Notes under the pieces: generated by a model
What the model was told of the DNA's origin: nothing
Seen by the model: only the letters and a program-made list of their open reading frames with translations
Databases searched by the model: none
In this document: piece after piece, positions 58,685 to 64,000 of the stretch
Numbering within the stretch: the stretch's first letter is position 1
Layout: every line of letters starts with the position of its first letter
Made by a program: the position numbers and the translations under genes
NCBI GenBank assembly: GCA_040954595.2
Contig: CM082584.2
Span: 12,809,166-12,873,165, forward strand
From: Balanoglossus misakiensis
Taxonomy: Eukaryota > Animalia > Hemichordata
DNA: 64,000 nucleotides
Reading direction: 5' to 3'

Positions 58685-61600
58685 CTACTCCATCTCGGCT
58701 GTGGAAGAGACACCACCGCGATGCGCGTCGGGCATATCAGTGACGCTGCTGTCACCATCCGGGTTCGCTTGCTGAGTGTTGTATGAGTCAGACCTGTCTG
58801 TCCGTCGCTTGAAGAATGAATTTTGAATTCTGCCCACAAGCAGAACGATGAGACTTTTGATAAAAACGCACAGCTCACATATTGTTATGACTGACACCCC
58901 AATATAGAGTCCGAGAAGACCTCCCATGTCGCTCATTAGATCATCGTCCTGAGGGAGAGATTTAATGAGTGAGTGTGTGAGTGTGTGTGATGTGGTTTTA
59001 TGAAAGTATGTAATCGAGGGTTCGCTGCTGCATTTCCCCTTCCGAACGCTGACCGAAGATTCATGCGCTCTCTGACGCGGCTGCGCATGGTACAATTATC
59101 CCTGGCCATTTCCTTGACAATGTTCCAACTGATTCTGGGAAGTTGGAATGAAGGGAGATTTGAAACATTTTTTGCCTGTTAAAAAAATGCTAATTTAGGC
59201 ACTTACCGTATATGCCACATTTTCTCTGATATACTGGACACTTAAACTGTCAAAATACACTTCTATGTAAGCAAGGTTCTTTCTGAAATAACAAAATAAG
59301 CATGTTACTCATCGACAATGAGTTGCCTGGGTAACCTCATCCACACAGAGCAGTTTCCTTTAATCCCATTTAAGTCTTTTGGTGCAATATGCCATGGATT
59401 ACATTTAACACAACTCCTACTTTATTTGGGTGTTATTCGATATACAAGGCCTAAGATAAACTGTGTACTTACTGTGCCGACTCAGCATCAGATAATATTT
59501 TTGTCTTCGGGTTTATGGCATATATGCTTTTTAGAAGTTGTCTCTGTTGGAATTTGAATCAGAAGATTTGAAGATGAAATTCACGATGGAAAAAAACATG
59601 TCATGATGTTTAGAGTCATAACATTGTTTGCGTGACCAACGATATACGAATGCGAGACCTCAAACCACAAACAAACACGCAAACACGTTTGTGTGGGCAT
59701 TACACCACTGATTAAAATGAAGGTACGGAATGAAAAGAGAGAAATCTTACCAAGTAACTCTCCGAAGGCCACGATGCCAAGGATGTTGTTTTACTGAAAC
59801 CATCCTCCCTGTGAACAAAGAAGTGTATTTTCTGTTAATTTCTGAAACATGTTCCCTTGTCTCATTACAACACACTTTATCTACATAGCCTCCCCCAAAT
59901 TGATGTCGTTGAAAAAGATTACCCATGTCCATACCCTTTCTTTGCAATTAATGGAAACAGTACAAATTGACTTCGTGCTGACCATGTCACGTTAACTTAG
60001 CAAGTACAGCAGACACTTGTTCCCTTGTAAAATTAAATAAAAAAACTTACTCGCAAGGTGGATAACAATCACATGGAAGAACTTGGTTTTGTTGAAAATA
60101 GTGTATCAGCTGACGACATGCCTCTGTGAAAGTAAATGTTTTGGATTTGAGAGAATTGCTATTTATGGTGCTGAAATCGTTTAGTAGTCATGAAAAATTA
60201 TGGTTTTTAGCTCGTTATTGCTCAAGTTGAATTTCAATGAACTCAAATGAAACCCAAGAGAACCACATTAGGAACCTAATTGTGTGGAGTACCTACCTTG
60301 GCGTTTGTCGAGTATTTTACAATTTCCACCGCCATAAAATGGGACGTCCATACACCCGCAGTATTCTTGCATCCGTTCTTGCAAACACATATGTTTACAG
60401 GCCTTTAAAGAAATACACAGAAAACAAAAATGTCACGACTTTAATATTGACAGAATTTTGAAATAAATAACACATGGATTTCAACGATTGAATCAACAGA
60501 GATATAACATACACTGCGTGTACCGGTATATGCACATGAATGTTAAGGGCAACTGTGGTCGTGAATGTCACAGTGAATTTCCTCTCTATTCTTTTCCATG
60601 CGAATTTCTCTGCTCCTTTTGTACATAACTCACGTGACGCCTTGATATTTACACCTACCAGTGTTGAGTATCTGAAATGCAGACCTTCAAAGATGGGATC
60701 ATTTGTTTTCGTACAGCGACCATATGGTGGCCCCTTTCGCTCGTATGTGTTCTGTAAAGAGAAGAGTAATCACACTGTTTGATTCATTTGTCACTTCCCA
60801 CCCACGTTGTGATACAAAACCATCTGACTCAGTGAACAAACACCATCCTGGTGTCAAACTGCAGGTAGACACATCACTTTATGAATGTAGTGTCCTTTTG
60901 AAAAGCATCATTCCAAGCCAAGGCGACTCACAAGTGGAATGTTTCGGAAGTGAGACCTCTATGGACCGGGCAAGCTTTATTCCAAGAGAGGGCGCACCAT
61001 GGTATGGCATCTATTTTCACCCAGGCTACTAATACACGGCACACACACTTACCTGCCTAATGGCAAATGACGTAGCGGCACCCGTCTTTGCAGTCAGTCC
61101 ATTATCTGCTGGCATGGGCATGTGTTGTGGGTTGTGTATGCTGACACGTACACCTGACTCCTGGCCGTAAATTCCTAAATATTCGTGCTGCTCGGTGAAC
61201 AGGGTTAGTTTCAACCCTACAAGTAGAAGAAACAAAATATCTCAGCGATTTAAAGGAAATACTTTGTATCTACTATCTACAGAGATGTCGCAGTTTTGTC
61301 ATAATTGCCGAGGTTACTCTGGTGAAATGTGTTTTGATTTTATTCACTTGTGATCTTATACTGACTGTCACAGTGGGACCACAGTGACTGGATGGAATAG
61401 GTAACAGATGACTTACCGTATTGCGCTCCAGACTTGGTAGCATTTCTGATTACATCACCGTCGGTGCCATGGTTGAAAGTATAGCAATTGCCGTACACTT
61501 TGTCTTGGAAAGGTTTGAAATGGCTGGAGACAAAAGCAAAAGATGGGGGATTGAGCTGTCAGAGATGTCTATAATAAATGTGTGCTCATTATAAAAAAAA

Positions 61601-64000
61601 AACCACCTTGGTTAGGAAAAACAGCTAACATTAAGGGATGACTTGAGCGGGTACCTGTGATCACATGGACGTTCATTGTAACTGCACTGCAGAATAAAAT
61701 CCTCAGCTTGGTGTCCGTACTCCTGTATTTCCTCAGCGCTGAGTTGTAACACGTGCTTCAGGTCGCTGAAATCAGGGGTGGAACTGAATGTGATGAAACC
61801 ATTCCAGTCGGGCGGGTCCTCTCTCCGGACCCGGTCGAATCCTGGGTCTTTGTAATAATACTTCATGAAGTTCTCAAACAGCTCCTGATTGTCCGTGATG
61901 GCCGAGAATTTTTGCCACCATCCTTCTTCAAACACTTCGTCATTATTGCCAAAATCTGAATCATAGAAAAACGACAAAATATTATTTCACAGTCTTATGC
62001 TCTAAAACTTTGTCACAAATGTGACTTAGGATTAGGTATAGGCCATAACAAATTGTTGTCATTGTTATAAAAATAAATGAGAACTTGGATTTACCCTGAT
62101 ATATGCAGTTTGGCCATTTTTCGTCTTCAGAGTTGGGACATTCACCAACGATATCACACACCAGAATATCATCGATGCACATTTCATCGTTGCACTTGAA
62201 AAATCCTCGCGGACAGTTTCCAGTGTCGTCTGGTACAACTGGATTATAATGAAAGTGCAGGTTATTAGAAATGGGAGAGAGAGAGGGAGAGACAGACAGA
62301 CAGATTGATAATGAATGATGGAACAGCAGAAAAATGTCTGTGCCAGAAAAGTAAACGGCAAACATAAACTATGGGCAGATGGAACGCTGAAGGAGAAAAC
62401 GTCACACGACGAAATCACTTACCATTTTCACCCTCGCAAATCCTACAACTCAGAGGGCAGTATTTCTTCATGTAAGCTGGATTCTGCGCACACTCTCCAT
62501 TTTCAGCCCAAAACTCACAGTTGACGTTGCTGTCCGAGCATACTGTACAGAAACAACCCGTTAATATTTTGATGGAAATTTCCTTTGTAATGGAAGTCCC
62601 AAGTGATATCATATATAACATTCTTGATGTAAACAACTATACTTACATAGACTGGTACAGTTCTGTAATTCATCACTACCATCTGGACAATCGTTGTAAT
62701 TGTTGCAAACTTTCCAGGATTTGATACATTTGCCGTTGGTGCATTTAAATTCGTCTCGTCCACATAAAGCTGGAAGGTGGGAAAACAGTTATTAGATTTC
62801 AGGAAGTCATGTGGGGCGTGACTGTTGAAAAATGACTTGTCCTGGTAGTAGTTTACTGCCAAAATGGCGGACGTTATCATTGACCAACGGGAAATGACGT
62901 CACAAATAGACTCACCGTATTCACAATCCCTTTCGTCACTTCCGTCACCACAGTCATCAATCCAGTCACAAAGCTTTTCAATCTGTACACATTTCCTATT
63001 TTCACACGTAAATTCCCATTCTTGGCACAACCCTGCGAATGTAATTCAAAGCAACATTTCGGCAATTAGGCAGTTGGTGAATTTGAGCACAGAGACTACA
63101 GAAGATGAGAACGCATACTCACTATATTTACAGCCTTCTTCATCAGATCCGTCACGGCAGTCGATTTTGTAGTTACACTTATCCGTATAAGGATGACAGA
63201 AATTCACATCGCAGAAGAACCCATCGCATTCACGGCCAGGTATATCTGTGGATGTCAAGAAAGACGCATTTTACAAGAACATTTTGAATATCACATAGTT
63301 TACAATCACAATTCAGCTACGAAGCATGGCAATTGTATTTTCTTTGGTGGGGTCTCATCATCGTAGTCATCATCACCACCAGCACCACAAACAACAACAC
63401 AATGAAAACCTTACTGCAGTTCTTTTCATCCTCGCTCTCATTGCAGTCTTCAATGCCATCACACTTTCTCTCACCCGGAATGCAAACCCCGGACAATCCG
63501 CCTTTGGAACATTTGAACTGGTCTGCACCGCACACATAACTGGCTGTAAATGGTTGAATGTGGAAGAAATTTCGAAGTTTAATGACTGTATCATTTCATA
63601 GTATGAAGACACTAATACAGCTAGAACATATAACTACGGCCGGGCGTCATTCAGGAATACTCACTGAAGTCGCAGCCGAACTCATCGCTTCCATCCGGAC
63701 AGTTTCTCATTCCGTCGCAAACCAGATAAGCTTTGACGCAGTGAATGCCATCATTACAAAGACTGTCCCCAGGAAGACATGGCACTGAAAGGAAAATAAA
63801 CGGTAGTGGTAAGATTTATCACCAACCTTGGAAATAATTTCGCATGATTTTCGATGCTTTTTTGCTCCGAGAACTGGTACTCACCATAGTAGGCTTGGAC
63901 CTTGATGTTCAACATCATATTGACGAATGCATAGTGGTTGCTGTCTAATAACGCTGATGCTCGTACTTTATTGGTGTTGCATATCGTCACAGCCGGGAAC
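58685..64000 (-). CDS. DEG/ENaC (amiloride-sensitive sodium channel family) subunit with six LDLa repeats and one ShKT domain in the ectodomain; 5'-partial (N-terminus and TM1 beyond the window)
   Basis: 18 in-frame GT-AG exons: 64000-63885 ([10 protein letters not shown]), 63784-63665, 63543-63415, 63245-63123, 63032-62916, 62769-62647 (five LDLa), 62542-62423 (ShKT), 62238-62095 (LDLa), 61955-61655 ([13 protein letters not shown]), 61523-61417 (YGNCYTFN), 61216-61053 (GLKLTL..EQHEY..GVRVSIH), 60751-60659, 60402-60297, 60123-60051 (Cys-rich thumb, CDCYPPCE), 59808-59751 (WPS), 59543-59473, 59282-59207, 58948-58685 (TM2 [22 protein letters not shown]...STAEME*). About 767 aa lie within the window. 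Confidence 0.95.

Overview
Intron-rich animal genomic DNA, probably from a marine invertebrate and plausibly a non-vertebrate deuterostome (inferred, not provable from sequence alone). Most ORFs in the six-frame track are spurious. Manual splicing at GT-AG sites gives six loci. (1) Candidate 5' exons of an unidentified minus-strand gene that leaves the left edge, apparently with several alternative N-termini. (2) A myophilin/transgelin-like calponin-homology gene (+, 191 aa) with two duplicated, alternative 17-codon first exons. (3) CACHD1 (-, about 25 coding exons). (4) Mitochondrial ferredoxin FDX2 (+, 192 aa), head-to-head with CACHD1. (5) An unrecognised small secreted, probably GPI-anchored protein with an 8-Cys module (-). 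(6) The 3' ~770 codons of a DEG/ENaC channel (-). The channel is the most striking item: its finger region carries an exon-shuffled cassette of five LDLa repeats, one ShKT domain and a sixth LDLa repeat, followed by an RVRR furin-type site. Also noted: probable ancient CACHD1-FDX2 microsynteny, CTCF-like motifs, a mosaic CpG pattern, small MITE/SINE remnants, palindromes and microsatellites.
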